61,813 bases of DNA, filler included, from Chthonomonadaceae bacterium (GCA_035650735.1; 3 parts of 3 records of this genome joined end to end with filler, not necessarily neighbours in it); one strand, 5' to 3'. Numbered from the whole stretch's first letter, positions 30,481-40,698 are shown. Translations and numbers: made by a program. Notes: generated by a model from the sequence alone, not told the origin.

Positions 30481-31483
30481 GATAAGCCCCCCACTCCCCG
30501 ATATAGAGCACCTCCTCTTCCAGCCGCACGCCAAAACGCTCCCAGACGCGCGCCTTGACCGTTTCGGCCACCTGGCGGATGTCGGCGGCGGTGGCGCAGC
30601 CCAGATTGACAATGAAATTAGCGTGCTTGGGCGAGATGGCCGCCCCGCCGATGGTCAGCCCCTTGCAGCCGCAGGCTTCGGAAAGATAGGCGGTGGGCAC
30701 GACGCCGGCCTGCTTCATCGGCTCCGGCAGGTTGGGCAGGCTCTCGGCCAGCGCGCGGTCGTAGACGTTCTTGAAGAAGCTGCCCGCCGATGGCAGCCAG
30801 GGCTGCTTGCGGATGCGCTGCACCTGAATATCGCGGGCTTTGAGGCGGATCTGGGCCTTGGGCGCGGGCGTCAGGCGCAGGGTCACGCCGATTAACGTCG
30901 CCGGGCGGCTGACCGAACGGCGCAGGCGGCTGTCCCGATAGGAGAACTCCATCCATTCGGGCGAGACCCGCTTGCGCACGCCGCCCTCCACCGCCTCGAC
31001 CTCCACCACCAGGTCACAGATATTGGCCCGATAGGCGCCCGCGTTGGAGACCAGAGCGCCCCCCACCGTCCCCGGAATGCCGACGGCGAACTCCAGGCCG
31101 GAGAGGCCGGCCTCCATCGTCTTGACGAAGAGGCGCATGAAGTTGTACCCGGCATCCACGCGGGTCAAGGGGCCGATCTGGGCCTGCTGGCAGGCGTTAC
31201 GGAGAACCAGGCCGCGCACGCCCGCATCGCTGACACAGACGTTGCTGCCCTCGCCCAGGATAAAGTGAGGCAGGTCGAAACTCTGCGCTAAGGCGGCGAT
31301 TTCGGCCAGGGCGTCCGCGTCGGTGGCGTTATAAAAGTAGTCGGCGGGGCCGCCCACGCGCAGCGTCGTGTAGCAGCGCAGCGGCTCCTGGCGGCGCATG
31401 GCGGCGCGGATGGAGGGAGAGAGCAGCGGCAGAGCCTCCGCCCAGGTCTGCGGCGGCGTGGAAAGCGTTTGGCTGGTTTGCAT
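30470..31483 (-). CDS. murB: UDP-N-acetylenolpyruvoylglucosamine reductase
   Basis: [57 protein letters not shown]. Confidence 0.96.
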   Translation of the reverse strand: MQTSQTLSTPPQTWAEALPLLSPSIRAAMRRQEPLRCYTTLRVGGPADYFYNATDADALAEIAALAQSFDLPHFILGEGSNVCVSDAGVRGLVLRNACQQAQIGPLTRVDAGYNFMRLFVKTMEAGLSGLEFAVGIPGTVGGALVSNAGAYRANICDLVVEVEAVEGGVRKRVSPEWMEFSYRDSRLRRSVSRPATLIGVTLRLTPAPKAQIRLKARDIQVQRIRKQPWLPSAGSFFKNVYDRALAESLPNLPEPMKQAGVVPTAYLSEACGCKGLTIGGAAISPKHANFIVNLGCATAADIRQVAETVKARVWERFGVRLEEEVLYIGEWGAYPAG

Positions 31484-31552
31484 ATTGCCCTAGTGTAGCA
31501 CGTGCAGGAAAGCCGGTCAAGATAGGCTTCCGGTTAGAGCCGAATCTTCTGC

Positions 31553-31903
31553 CTACCCATTGTGGGGTCGGGGGAACAGGCTGCCCACGCCGGCCCCCAC
31601 GCAGGCGCCCAGGAAGGCCGGAATCAGCGCCAGGAAGGTAGCAAACACGTTGGGCTGGACTGGATAAGGGGGCCTGTATCCGACCGCAAGGGCCAGGCCA
31701 TGGAGCAGAGGGATCCCCCCGCCGATGAGAGCGCCCCAGAGCCACGCCCCTTTCGGCCAGAGTATCCCCATGAGACCCGTAAAGACCAGGATGCACAGGA
31801 CCGCAGGCTGCACCTCGCGCGCGTTCAGGTCTACCAGACCTGCTGCCAGCCCCAATAGGATAGCCAGGGATATTGGCAAGAGTGTTATCTGGAGATTGCG
31901 CAA
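31553..31903 (-). CDS. Small membrane protein
   Basis: Four hydrophobic segments; AAGGAG RBS; overlaps the upstream gene end. Confidence 0.7.
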   Translation of the reverse strand: MRNLQITLLPISLAILLGLAAGLVDLNAREVQPAVLCILVFTGLMGILWPKGAWLWGALIGGGIPLLHGLALAVGYRPPYPVQPNVFATFLALIPAFLGACVGAGVGSLFPRPHNG

Positions 31904-32370
31904 CGGTTTGCTCCTTTCTGCCTCTCTTCATCCGGCAGGATTTTGACCAGTATCTGGCGACCTTCGCGGGGGCCATCGAACTCGCAGAAGGCCACATCCT
32001 GCCAGCGGCCCAGATGCAGCCGGCCTCCCTGAATATCGAGCACGACGGATTGATTGGTCAGCAACTGGCGCACGTGGCTTGGCGCGTTAAAGCGATCTTC
32101 CACGCAGGCCCCGCTAGGATGGAGGGCGCAGGTGTGCTTATAGCGGTGCCCATCGCTCTCCACCCAGGCCATCAGGACATCCAGGAAATCCTCGCAGAGG
32201 TTGGGCTCGCTTGTCTCCTGCACCATCAAGCCCAGGGTTGTGTGCATCGAGTAGGCCAGGAGCGTGCCGTTGTCCACGCCGCTCTGCGCGATCAGCGCAT
32301 TCAGCTCCGGCGTGATAGTCCGTATTTGCGAGCGGGCCGTCGTATCATAGGTTAAGATGCGCTTAAACAT
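31885..32370 (-). CDS. yjbQ: YjbQ/UPF0047 family protein
   Basis: HTT.GL...E, Y.H, NAPSH, LGRWQ...FCEFDGPR motifs. Confidence 0.88.
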   Translation of the reverse strand: MFKRILTYDTTARSQIRTITPELNALIAQSGVDNGTLLAYSMHTTLGLMVQETSEPNLCEDFLDVLMAWVESDGHRYKHTCALHPSGACVEDRFNAPSHVRQLLTNQSVVLDIQGGRLHLGRWQDVAFCEFDGPREGRQILVKILPDEERQKGANRCAISR

Positions 32371-32479
32371 GATGCTTGTATCCTTCCTTTCCAGAGGAGT
32401 ATCGTGATGGGCGCACGCCGCCACCTTAGTTGCATTGATAGCTAACCGCCCTGCGTGCCTCCGCAAGCCGGGCTGTAAA

Positions 32480-33163
32480 CTACTCTACCGCGGCGCCGGT
32501 CCGCCAGGCTTCCCTCTGTGCGGGCCGCAGGAGCCGGAGCGAGAGCACCAGGAGCGCCGGCATAGCGACCAGCACCGGAAACCAGACGGGGCCGTACCAG
32601 GCTAGGGGAATCAGAAAATAGATGTCCGTATCCAGCAGGCTGCGCGGAAAGCCGATCCAGAGGGCGAGGTAGAGATAGTAGGTCAAATCCCAGACGGCAA
32701 AGGTAAAGCCGAACAGGCCCCATCTCTCGCGCTGGCTGCGCCCTGCCGCCCAGGCGGCGCTGAACAGCAGCAAAAGGGTGGCGGCTTCCCGCGTAAGCTC
32801 GATCTGTAGGACTCCCTGCCGCGCCAGCTCCCTTAGAATTCCTGCCGAATGGAACGCCAGCCCACGCGCCGTCCAGATCTCCCGGTAATCGAGGCCAGGC
32901 GCCATTCCGGTCGCCCGACGCAAATAGATCACCGTGACTGCCTCCAGGCAACCGAAGGCCGCTGCGAAGATCACCCACCAGCAGAGTCGCGGCCCAGGCA
33001 AGGCCCGCTCTGCACGTTCTACCCTGTTTGTTTCCGCCACTATCTTCCTCACGGGTCTATTACCGTAAGAGTCAACTGCCGCTGCCTGAGGGCGCACGGC
33101 TTGCATTTCCTCGTAATACGAGAAAGAGGACTTACCATCACGGGAAAGTACTTTGCCCAGCAA
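32480..33163 (-). CDS. Membrane hypothetical protein (start uncertain)
   Basis: FG.LEA..VIYLR, E..REAATL, WDL.YY, DI.FLIP..W.GPV pattern of a multi-TM family. Confidence 0.75.
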   Translation of the reverse strand: MLGKVLSRDGKSSFSYYEEMQAVRPQAAAVDSYGNRPVRKIVAETNRVERAERALPGPRLCWWVIFAAAFGCLEAVTVIYLRRATGMAPGLDYREIWTARGLAFHSAGILRELARQGVLQIELTREAATLLLLFSAAWAAGRSQRERWGLFGFTFAVWDLTYYLYLALWIGFPRSLLDTDIYFLIPLAWYGPVWFPVLVAMPALLVLSLRLLRPAQREAWRTGAAVE

Positions 33164-33255
33164 AGTATCTTGCGCCTATTGTACGCTAGAACGCTGTTGC
33201 GTGTCAAGAACTTTTTCTTGCCGCTTGCAACAGAGGAAAAAAGAGACGGGCCGTC

Positions 33256-34467
33256 TCATCGGATGGCAAGCGCAACCGCACCGACCACTGCGCCCCCCAG
33301 TATCAGCCAGGCAGAGTTGACCTTAAAGCGCAGCAGCAAGACAGCACTGAGGATGGCAAGCACGACGGTTAGAGCGTCGCGGAGCGCATCACGGCCTAAT
33401 TGCCAGGTTATCGCGGCCATCAGAGCCAGAGCCGCCACATTCACCCCATCGAGAAAGGCGGCGGCCAGCGCGGTCTGGCGCAGCCGGGGAAGAATCCGTG
33501 CGCTTAGGGCGACAAAGAGAAAGGCGGGCAGGAACATCCCCAACGTGGCGACAAACGCGCCCTTCGGCCCTGCCATCACGTACCCGATGAAGGTCGCCGT
33601 CGTGAACACCGGCCCCGGCGTTACCTGCCCTACTGCAACGGCATCGAGGAGCTGCGCGGAGGTCAGCCACCCACGCTGCGTCACCAGTTCCGAGCGGAGA
33701 AAGGCCAGCAGGACGTAGCCGCTGCCGTAGACGACCGAGCCGAGCTTGAGGAAGACGAGAAAGAGGAGCGGCATATCCTGACGCTGGGAACCTACCGCGT
33801 ACCTGCCGAGCAGCCAGGGAGCGACCGCCAAGACGGAGAGGGCGAGCAACAGGCCGAGCAAAGGCGTAAGTCCCTCCATTTGTCGCTCGACCAGCCACTT
33901 CTCGCCAACCAGAACCAGCCCTGCGCCAAACAGTATCAGCAGCGGACTGACGCCCGCGAACGCGGCGACCGCCGCCACCAATCCGACGCCGACCAGAAAC
34001 CGTGTCTTGAGCGCGGTCTTGCCCAATCCCCAGAGAGCCTGCACGATGACAGCGATCACGACCGGCTTGACCCCGTAGAGGACGCCCAGCACGGCGGGCA
34101 GGCGACCGAACCGCACGTAGGCCCAGGCAATCAGGGAGACGAGGAGCGCGGCAGGCAGAATGAAGCACGTTCCGGCCAGTATCAGTCCTGCCCAGCGCGC
34201 CCGCAGGAAGCCGATGTAGATGGCAACCTCGGTCGAGCTAGGGCCGGGAATGAGGTTGGCGGCCCCGATGAGGTCAAGGAATTGCGCTTCCGTCAGCCAC
34301 TTTCTGCGTTCCACCACCTCCTGACGCATGAGCGCAATATGCGCGGCTGGACCACCGAAGGCCGTGAGGCCCAGCCGCAGGAACAGGGCCGCTAACTCCC
34401 ATAGGGAGGTGACTTCCTGCGCGGAGTAAGCTTTCGCTTCTTCACGTTGCACGCCTGGTCGCGGCAT
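33256..34467 (-). CDS. chrA: Chromate efflux transporter (long-chain CHR)
   Basis: LGLTAFGGP, IPGPSSTE and second repeat GSVVYGSGY, GQVTPGP. Confidence 0.93.
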   Translation of the reverse strand: MPRPGVQREEAKAYSAQEVTSLWELAALFLRLGLTAFGGPAAHIALMRQEVVERRKWLTEAQFLDLIGAANLIPGPSSTEVAIYIGFLRARWAGLILAGTCFILPAALLVSLIAWAYVRFGRLPAVLGVLYGVKPVVIAVIVQALWGLGKTALKTRFLVGVGLVAAVAAFAGVSPLLILFGAGLVLVGEKWLVERQMEGLTPLLGLLLALSVLAVAPWLLGRYAVGSQRQDMPLLFLVFLKLGSVVYGSGYVLLAFLRSELVTQRGWLTSAQLLDAVAVGQVTPGPVFTTATFIGYVMAGPKGAFVATLGMFLPAFLFVALSARILPRLRQTALAAAFLDGVNVAALALMAAITWQLGRDALRDALTVVLAILSAVLLLRFKVNSAWLILGGAVVGAVALAIR

Positions 34468-34475
34468 AGCTTACC

Positions 34476-34898
34476 CTATTGGCCGGTATGCGAACGCAAG
34501 AGCGCCGAGAACAGCGCCGCCACCCGTTGCCCGACCATCTCCTGGAAGACCTCACGCCCAACGGAGTGCGCGTGCTTCAGATGGGAATTCAACCACTCAA
34601 AACGCGGCGTTTCGCGCGAGCTGAGGCGGTGGGTCAGCTCTTCGGGCAGCGCGGCGGCGATATCGGTGATGGCAGCGCAGGCATCCAGGACGATGTCTTC
34701 GCCGTCCCAGTAGGCCACTTGACCGCGCGGCATCCCGGCATCCAGCAGCGGCGGGCCGCCATGCCGTTCACACAGATACCACCGATACCACGCTTCCGGG
34801 CGTAAGCGTCCGCCCGTGATCTCCTGAACCATCCTCTCGGCGCAATAAGCGGCCTCCCGCTCCACCAGATGTTTGCGCGGCATATCCTCCTTGCTCAT
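34476..34898 (-). CDS. Hypothetical protein, ImmA/IrrE-like with a degenerate metal motif
   Basis: Follows the HTH gene; ALPEELTH plus a downstream E resembles HExxH...E. Confidence 0.55.
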   Translation of the reverse strand: MSKEDMPRKHLVEREAAYCAERMVQEITGGRLRPEAWYRWYLCERHGGPPLLDAGMPRGQVAYWDGEDIVLDACAAITDIAAALPEELTHRLSSRETPRFEWLNSHLKHAHSVGREVFQEMVGQRVAALFSALLRSHTGQ

Positions 34899-34929
34899 AG
34901 GCCCGCCTTTCTTGTCTACATTCCTGGCG

Positions 34930-35424
34930 CTATGATGATGATTGCCCGTCGGCGCCTGTTCTTTCCGGCGCTCCCTCGCGTTCCAGCCGTTCCAGGAATG
35001 CCTCGATCAACTCGGCATCCTGGCGCAGCCTCGCTTTCCACAGGTTACGCTCGCGTCCCGGCGGCATCCTGGCCAGCGCCCGTCCCAGGCGGCCCAGCCA
35101 TTCGCGCTCGTCCGGCTCCATCTCCTCCAGACTGGCCGCTTCCGTAAGGGCCGATGGGGGCTTGGGAGCGGGCCGCATCTCCGCTTCCTCCGGCACAAAC
35201 CCGGCCAGAAGCAGCAGCCGGTTGGCATCCTCGCCCAGGCCGCGCGCAAAGCGGCGGATCGTCTCCGGAGTGCGCGCATTGCCCTTGGCCAGCTCACCAA
35301 TCGTCGCCGGGGACAGCCCGGTCAGCCGCTCCGCCTGACGATAGGACATTCGCTTGCCATTGACACCGTGACGCTCCAGGATCTCGTTAATTGCCCTCTG
35401 CAAAGCCGGGCGTGCTTGTGCCAT
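34930..35424 (-). CDS. XRE-family HTH regulator
   Basis: MSYRQAERLTGLSPATIGELAKG...PETIRRFARGLG...LLLLAG. Confidence 0.8.
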   Translation of the reverse strand: MAQARPALQRAINEILERHGVNGKRMSYRQAERLTGLSPATIGELAKGNARTPETIRRFARGLGEDANRLLLLAGFVPEEAEMRPAPKPPSALTEAASLEEMEPDEREWLGRLGRALARMPPGRERNLWKARLRQDAELIEAFLERLEREGAPERTGADGQSSS

Positions 35425-35699
35425 CGAAGCAGGGCCTCCGATCCCATGCCGACGCTCGCCGCCGCAGAACAGGCCGACGTATCGCGATTATAACATATCG
35501 CCGGGGGTGCCGCAAGCTGTCAAATCCGGCAGGCGGCAAAGGGAAAAGCTCCACGTCGGGCATACTGCGCTGTTCCTTCTTCTTCCTTCCGTCATTATCC
35601 CTAAACGGAGCGGCAAAGGAGAATCTTCCAAGCCCGGCGTAATTAGGGGCAGTCCTACCGTACACGATGAGATAGAAGAGGCGAAAGAGGCGGAGCGAG

Positions 35700-36134
35700 T
35701 TGCAGGCAAATTTCGTCTATCATGGCCTGTTTTTGGCGCTGGTGGCGGCGCTGATGCTGGCTGCCGTCAACCGCTGGGCGCGCACTCCAGAGACGCACCC
35801 GGAGCGTGGGGCGCGCGGTGCTATGGCCTGCCTGCTGGCTGTGGCGCTGATCGGCCATATCGGCGTGCTGGCGCGTAATCGCTTCCCGGAGGGGTCGCCC
35901 GGCTTCTGGCTGGGCACCGCCGCGCTCCTGCCGGTGGCCGGAGCCGCGCTCTTTCTGATCGGGAGCCTGCTGCACTTTTATCGCCGTTCCCATTCCGTTC
36001 CTGGACGCCCGCCGATGGCAAGCAAAGCGTCGTCCTCGCCTGAGACACAAAGCACGCTGCCGCAGGCCCCCACTACCGCCGTGCCGCGCCCGCAAACGCC
36101 GCCTGCCTCCGAGACGCAGCCCGATAAGCAATGA
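35700..36134 (+). CDS. Small membrane protein
   Basis: Three TM segments; ATGA overlap with the next gene. Confidence 0.6.
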   Translation: MQANFVYHGLFLALVAALMLAAVNRWARTPETHPERGARGAMACLLAVALIGHIGVLARNRFPEGSPGFWLGTAALLPVAGAALFLIGSLLHFYRRSHSVPGRPPMASKASSSPETQSTLPQAPTTAVPRPQTPPASETQPDKQ

Positions 36135-38320
36135 AATACGCAGATACCTGGGAAACCTCCGCATGGCGAGCCAACGGCAGCAAAGCCGAGAACACCCGAC
36201 AGGCGCCTGCAGCCTCCCCGGCGCCAGTCCGGCTGCCGTTCTGGGTGATGGCTCTGGCGTTGGTTCTCCTTTCGATGCTGCTGTTGGCTGGCGGATTGGC
36301 GGGCGGCGAGGTGAGCGATGATCACGATCTGCTGCACTCCCCCGCAACGCGCGGCTGTGACACGAACCCTGCCGCGTGCTTCCTGCACCCCCAGTTTGGC
36401 CTGTACTATCGGCCTCTGATGGCGGCGTCGTTTGCCCTTGGGGTCGCCGCGCACGGCACACGCCCGTTGCTCTTCCATATCGAGAACCTGATCCTGCACG
36501 CCGCCGACGTTGCGCTGGTCTTCTGGCTGTTCCGGCTGTGGTTCCGGCGGGAGGCGCCTGCGCTGTTGGCGGGCCTGCTCTTCGCCCTGCATCCGCTGCA
36601 TGTCGGGGCTACCGCCTTTATCGGCGGGCGCACGGACGGCCTGGCCCTGTTCTTTGCGGCCTGGTTTGCCATTGGACTGCTGCGCGCGCGGCAGGCAGAG
36701 GAGAGCGCAGACGCCTCCCGAAGGATGCGTTGGGGCTGGCTTATCGTATCACTGCTCGGCTTTACCGGAGCCGTCTTTAGCAAGGAGCAATGCCTCCCTC
36801 TCGTGCTGCTCGTTCCCCTGTTCTGGCAGTACGCTATCGCCCGCACCTCCGGCCCCCTCCTTCTAAAGGAAAGGAGAGAGGAGAAGCCTTGTTCTCCCCT
36901 CATCCCCGTCCCTTCTCCCTCCAAGGGAGAAGGGAGACGAGAAGCCAACATTATCCCTGCCTGCGTAGGCAGGCAGAGGGCCGCAGGCCCCACAGCGGCA
37001 GGGTTTAGTCTGCCGGATGGGGGGTTAGGTCCACCGAGTCAGGGACAGATTCGGGGGAGTCGTTGGGAAGCCTGGATGCTGCTCTACGGCGTTCCTGTCC
37101 TCCTCTACCTCGCCGCAGCGCGCCGCCTCGTTCCGGCGAGCGCCTTCGCCCCTGTGCCCTGGAGCGCCGCGCTGCATACGGAAATGGTCGGGCGCACGAT
37201 CTGGTACTACGCGAAAGTCCTGGGCTTTCCGACCGTCGGCGCTCTGCATCTGTCCACGCTCGGCCCCTGGGAGACGCCGCAGCGGACCGTCGCCCTGCTC
37301 GGCGCGCTCTGCGGCGGGCTCTGGCTGGCGCTGCTCTGGCGACTCTGGCCGAACCGTACGCTGCGCGCGCTGGCGCTCTGGACGATGCTGACTCTGCTTC
37401 CCTGTCTGAACCTGATCCAGGTTCCCTCCCAGCCTATTGCCTCGTACCGCGCCCTGCTGCCGCTGCTGGGCCTGGCGGGGCTGGCCGGATATGGCTTTGC
37501 CGCAGCATGGCCATTCTGGCGTCTTCCGGACTGCGCGCGCCCTCCAGGGGCGCATCCCTCCCTTCGGATCACGCGCGGCGGCAGGCCGCAGACGAGCGCG
37601 GGAAAGCGTGAGGTGATGGCAACGCTTGCCGGATGCCTGCTGCTCGGTTTTACCTGGGTGACGCTGGCGGATGTTCCTAACTGGCGCAGCGACCTGACCC
37701 TCATGCGCGTCGAGTTCACGGCAGACCCGAACTTCCTCCCGGCTCTGGCCGGGCTGGCAAACGCCTTGCACGAGAACGGACAGAACGCCGAGGCGCTGGC
37801 CGCCTACGACCGCGCTCTGGAATGGCTGCTGCCGGGAACGCGCACGGAAGCCGAGCGTGCCGCGCTAGGCCGCTCCCCGGCAACACAAAGGCGCCTTCAG
37901 AGCGCTAGCGGCCCGCACTGGAACCTTGCGGAGTTCATCACCGTCATGGCACGCGGGCGCGGCGGCGTGCGGCAGGCGCTCGGAATGTGGGAAGGGGCGG
38001 CAGAAGATTATCGCTTAGCGCTCGCCTTCCAGCCCGAAGACGATATGGTACGGGATGCGCTGGCGGCCTGCTATCTCGCGCAGGGAAACCTCGCCGCCGC
38101 CGAAGCGCTGCTGCGTGATCTGGCCGCCCGCGCGCCCAGCGCCTACCGCCTGGCGCAATTAGGCTATATCTACGCCCGGCAGGGCCGATGGGCGCAATCC
38201 CGCAGCGTGCTGGAACTAGCTCAGGCACGTTTCCCTCGCGATCCGATCACCCTGGCAAGCCGTCCGCTTTATGAGGAGACAATGCGACAGGCCAGCGACT
38301 CTTTTTGGCGCGATAAATAG
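36131..38320 (+). CDS. TMTC-like GT-C glycosyltransferase with C-terminal TPRs, carrying in-frame repeat insertions
   Basis: DD motif, YYRPL, FALHPLH, GRTD, SKE; TPRs after W.SD..L. Confidence 0.8.
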   Translation: MKYADTWETSAWRANGSKAENTRQAPAASPAPVRLPFWVMALALVLLSMLLLAGGLAGGEVSDDHDLLHSPATRGCDTNPAACFLHPQFGLYYRPLMAASFALGVAAHGTRPLLFHIENLILHAADVALVFWLFRLWFRREAPALLAGLLFALHPLHVGATAFIGGRTDGLALFFAAWFAIGLLRARQAEESADASRRMRWGWLIVSLLGFTGAVFSKEQCLPLVLLVPLFWQYAIARTSGPLLLKERREEKPCSPLIPVPSPSKGEGRREANIIPACVGRQRAAGPTAAGFSLPDGGLGPPSQGQIRGSRWEAWMLLYGVPVLLYLAAARRLVPASAFAPVPWSAALHTEMVGRTIWYYAKVLGFPTVGALHLSTLGPWETPQRTVALLGALCGGLWLALLWRLWPNRTLRALALWTMLTLLPCLNLIQVPSQPIASYRALLPLLGLAGLAGYGFAAAWPFWRLPDCARPPGAHPSLRITRGGRPQTSAGKREVMATLAGCLLLGFTWVTLADVPNWRSDLTLMRVEFTADPNFLPALAGLANALHENGQNAEALAAYDRALEWLLPGTRTEAERAALGRSPATQRRLQSASGPHWNLAEFITVMARGRGGVRQALGMWEGAAEDYRLALAFQPEDDMVRDALAACYLAQGNLAAAEALLRDLAARAPSAYRLAQLGYIYARQGRWAQSRSVLELAQARFPRDPITLASRPLYEETMRQASDSFWRDK

Positions 38321-38333
38321 AACCATTTGCTTG

Positions 38334-38362
38334 TTGACAAATATTATCCACTATGCTACACT
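38334..38362 (+). promoter_or_regulatory. Sigma70-type promoter for rimI
   Basis: TTGACA-17 bp-TACACT with an extended -10 TG. Confidence 0.7.
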
Positions 38363-38406
38363 CTTAACCATACTCCTGCTGTTGTGCGCTAAGAGAAAGA
38401 AGCAAC

Positions 38407-38943
38407 ATGGCTATCCTTGTGGACCCGGTCTCCATTGAACCGATGCGGCGCACCGATCTTGAAGCCGTCCACCGCATAGACAAACGCTGCTATCCGACGC
38501 CCTGGCTGCCCACCGCCTATCTGACGGAGCTCTCTAACCGCGCCGCTTGTTATCTGGTGGCCCGAATCGGCCAGGAGGTCGTCGGCTTTGGAGGCCAGTG
38601 GGTTATCGCCGACGAGGCCCATATCACCACCCTGGCCGTAGACCCGGACCACCGACGCCGCAAGATCGGGGAGCGCCTGCTGCTGGCTCTGCTGGAAGAG
38701 GCGATACTGCAAGGCGCCTCTCGCGCCACCCTGGAGGTGCGTGAGGGCAATCGCGTCGCCCAGGGCCTTTATCGCAAGTACGGCTTCCGGGAGGCCGCTA
38801 TCCGCAAGAACTACTACACGGACAACGGCGAGAACGCGATTGTCATGTGGGCCGATGAGATCAATTCTTCCGACTACCAGCAACGCCTGCGCGAGCTCCG
38901 TCACCAGCTCTATGAGGCCTATCAGGAGCAGCGCCTGCGCTAG
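38407..38943 (+). CDS. rimI: Ribosomal protein S18 alanine N-acetyltransferase
   Basis: DEAHITTLAV....RRRKIG, TLEVREGN..AQ.LY.KYGF, RKNYY.DNGENA.VM. Confidence 0.93.
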   Translation: MAILVDPVSIEPMRRTDLEAVHRIDKRCYPTPWLPTAYLTELSNRAACYLVARIGQEVVGFGGQWVIADEAHITTLAVDPDHRRRKIGERLLLALLEEAILQGASRATLEVREGNRVAQGLYRKYGFREAAIRKNYYTDNGENAIVMWADEINSSDYQQRLRELRHQLYEAYQEQRLR

Positions 38944-38952
38944 AGAAAAACC

Positions 38953-39204
38953 TCAACAGGATGAACAGGATTTGGCAGGATTAGGTAATCGCTCCCAACG
39001 GTGTGGACGTACCTCCTCAGCAGCAGGCTGCGTGAGATTGATCCACACGGCTGGGAGTGTCTACCCAGGATTAAACAGGATCTCTAAAACCCACCCAACC
39101 AACCGAATACCTATGCCTCTGAACTTCAAATTGACTACAAGGCTTCTATCTCTAGCTCTTGTCTTCATCCTGTAAATCCTGAAAAATCCTGTTCATCCTG
39201 TTGA
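38953..39204. repeat. Element bounded by 21-bp perfect inverted repeats built from CAGGAT units
   Basis: tcaacaggatgaacaggattt (38953-38973) / aaatcctgttcatcctgttga (39184-39204), with further CAGGAT copies inside. Confidence 0.8.
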
Positions 39205-39244
39205 AAGGTAGTTTGTGGACCGACCTTCTGGGCGTAATCCCCTC

Positions 39245-39273
39245 TTGACGGCAAGCTACTTGTCGTGTAAACT
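39245..39273 (+). promoter_or_regulatory. Sigma70 promoter of the tRNA pair
   Basis: TTGACG-17 bp-TAAACT followed by a GC-rich discriminator. Confidence 0.75.
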
Positions 39274-39287
39274 ATAGAGGCGCGTTC

Positions 39288-39358
39288 GCGGGAGTAGCTT
39301 AATGGTAAAGCTCCTGCCTTCCAAGCAGGTGACGCGAGTTCGATTCTCGTCTCCCGCT
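39288..39358 (+). tRNA. tRNA-Gly(TCC)
   Basis: GCGGGAG/CTCCCGC acceptor stem; anticodon arm cctgc-ctTCCaa-gcagg; GTTCGATT T-loop. Confidence 0.95.
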
Positions 39359-39367
39359 TCCATGAAT

Positions 39368-39440
39368 GCCTCCGTAGCTCAGCGGATAGAGCATCCGCCT
39401 TCTAAGCGGACGGTCGCAAGTTCGATCCTTGCCGGAGGCG
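39368..39440 (+). tRNA. tRNA-Arg(TCT), probable integration site
   Basis: GCCTCCG/CGGAGGC acceptor stem; anticodon arm tccgc-ctTCTaa-gcgga; GTTCGATC T-loop. Confidence 0.95.
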
Positions 39441-39550
39441 CGGCCTTCTCATTGGGCATCTTCAAACTACAGACTCTAACCCGCCAGATAAAAGAACAAA
39501 GGCTCTAAGTCGGCAGCTTCATCACTTCGATCACACAGAGGAGAAGAGAG

Positions 39551-40555
39551 ATGAAGCTGTCCGACGTTATGAACGATTACCTGGCATCCCTCAAGCACGA
39601 ACAGGGCGCGGCCCGCTCCACATGCAACTGCTACGCCTCCTGGCTGCACCATTTCCACCGCTGGCTTACACTCAACGGCTATGGTGACGACCCCGATCTG
39701 GATGCCTTCAACACCCCCGTACTGCGGAAGTTCCTGTACTACCTATCCGGTGAACGCAAGCAGCGCCCGCGCACGATCAGAGGCGCGTTCTTGCCCTTAA
39801 AAGGATTGGCCCGGTTCCTCCTCTCCAACGGCGTTCTCGTAGAAAACCCGGTGGCCTCGATCCAGTTGCCCAAGAAGGATGCCGCCGTAAGGCTGACCGT
39901 CTCAGATGAAGAGGTGCGTGCCCTGCTGGACGGCTGCGAAAAGCAGCGCAATCCCAAGCAGGTTGCCCTGGCCCGCGCCCTCTTTCACGTGCTGATCTAT
40001 GGCGGGCTGCGCCGCCAAGAACTGCTAGACCTGCGCCTGGGTGATGTAGATGCGAAGGAGGGCCGTATCTACATCCGGTCGGGCAAGGGTTCCAAAAGCC
40101 GCACGATCTACGTCCCTGCCGCCTGTATCCACGCCGTTCAGGAGTGGTTGACCTTCCGCCCGAAGGACTGCCTGCATAACTTCTTGTTCGCTTTTGACAG
40201 GCGACGACGGCTGCACGGCAACGGCCTGATGACTATCTTCGAGGCGGTCACGGCGGCGGCTGGACTACGCGGAGCGCCCAACGTCCGCCCCCATGCGCTG
40301 AGACATTGGCGCGCGACCGACCTGTTGAAGTCGGGTGCAGATTTGCGTTCCATCCAGGCGTTTCTCGGCCATGCGGCCCTCTCGGTCACGCAGGCGTATC
40401 TGCACACGGACGAAGAACGCTGCCGTGCGCTGGCTGACCTGTCGGCGCTACAGCAGCCCCAGGCAAAATCGGTATCGGCTCTCGCGCCGAACCTTACCGT
40501 CGTGGGGCAGCAACCAGAACGTCAGCTAGAGCGGCGTCGGCGCATCCCGCGCTAG
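39551..40555 (+). CDS. Tyrosine recombinase/integrase
   Basis: GLRRQEL (R), GKG (K), HALRH, LGH, TQAY catalytic residues; N-terminal SAM-like domain. Confidence 0.95.
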   Translation: MKLSDVMNDYLASLKHEQGAARSTCNCYASWLHHFHRWLTLNGYGDDPDLDAFNTPVLRKFLYYLSGERKQRPRTIRGAFLPLKGLARFLLSNGVLVENPVASIQLPKKDAAVRLTVSDEEVRALLDGCEKQRNPKQVALARALFHVLIYGGLRRQELLDLRLGDVDAKEGRIYIRSGKGSKSRTIYVPAACIHAVQEWLTFRPKDCLHNFLFAFDRRRRLHGNGLMTIFEAVTAAAGLRGAPNVRPHALRHWRATDLLKSGADLRSIQAFLGHAALSVTQAYLHTDEERCRALADLSALQQPQAKSVSALAPNLTVVGQQPERQLERRRRIPR

Positions 40556-40573
40556 GCTTTAGGCGGGTAGACG

Positions 40574-40605
40574 AAAAGCCCCAGGGGTCACTCTTCTGGG
40601 GCTTG
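40574..40605. terminator. Intrinsic terminator-like hairpin after the integrase
   Basis: aagccccag-loop-ctggggctt. Confidence 0.65.
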
Positions 40606-40698
40606 TGCTTGTGCCAGCGTATCGGTCAGCTTGACCGGGAATGGTTGCGAGGCTCATTGCGTAGTATAAATAGATACCAACGGGAGGAATAGGACACT

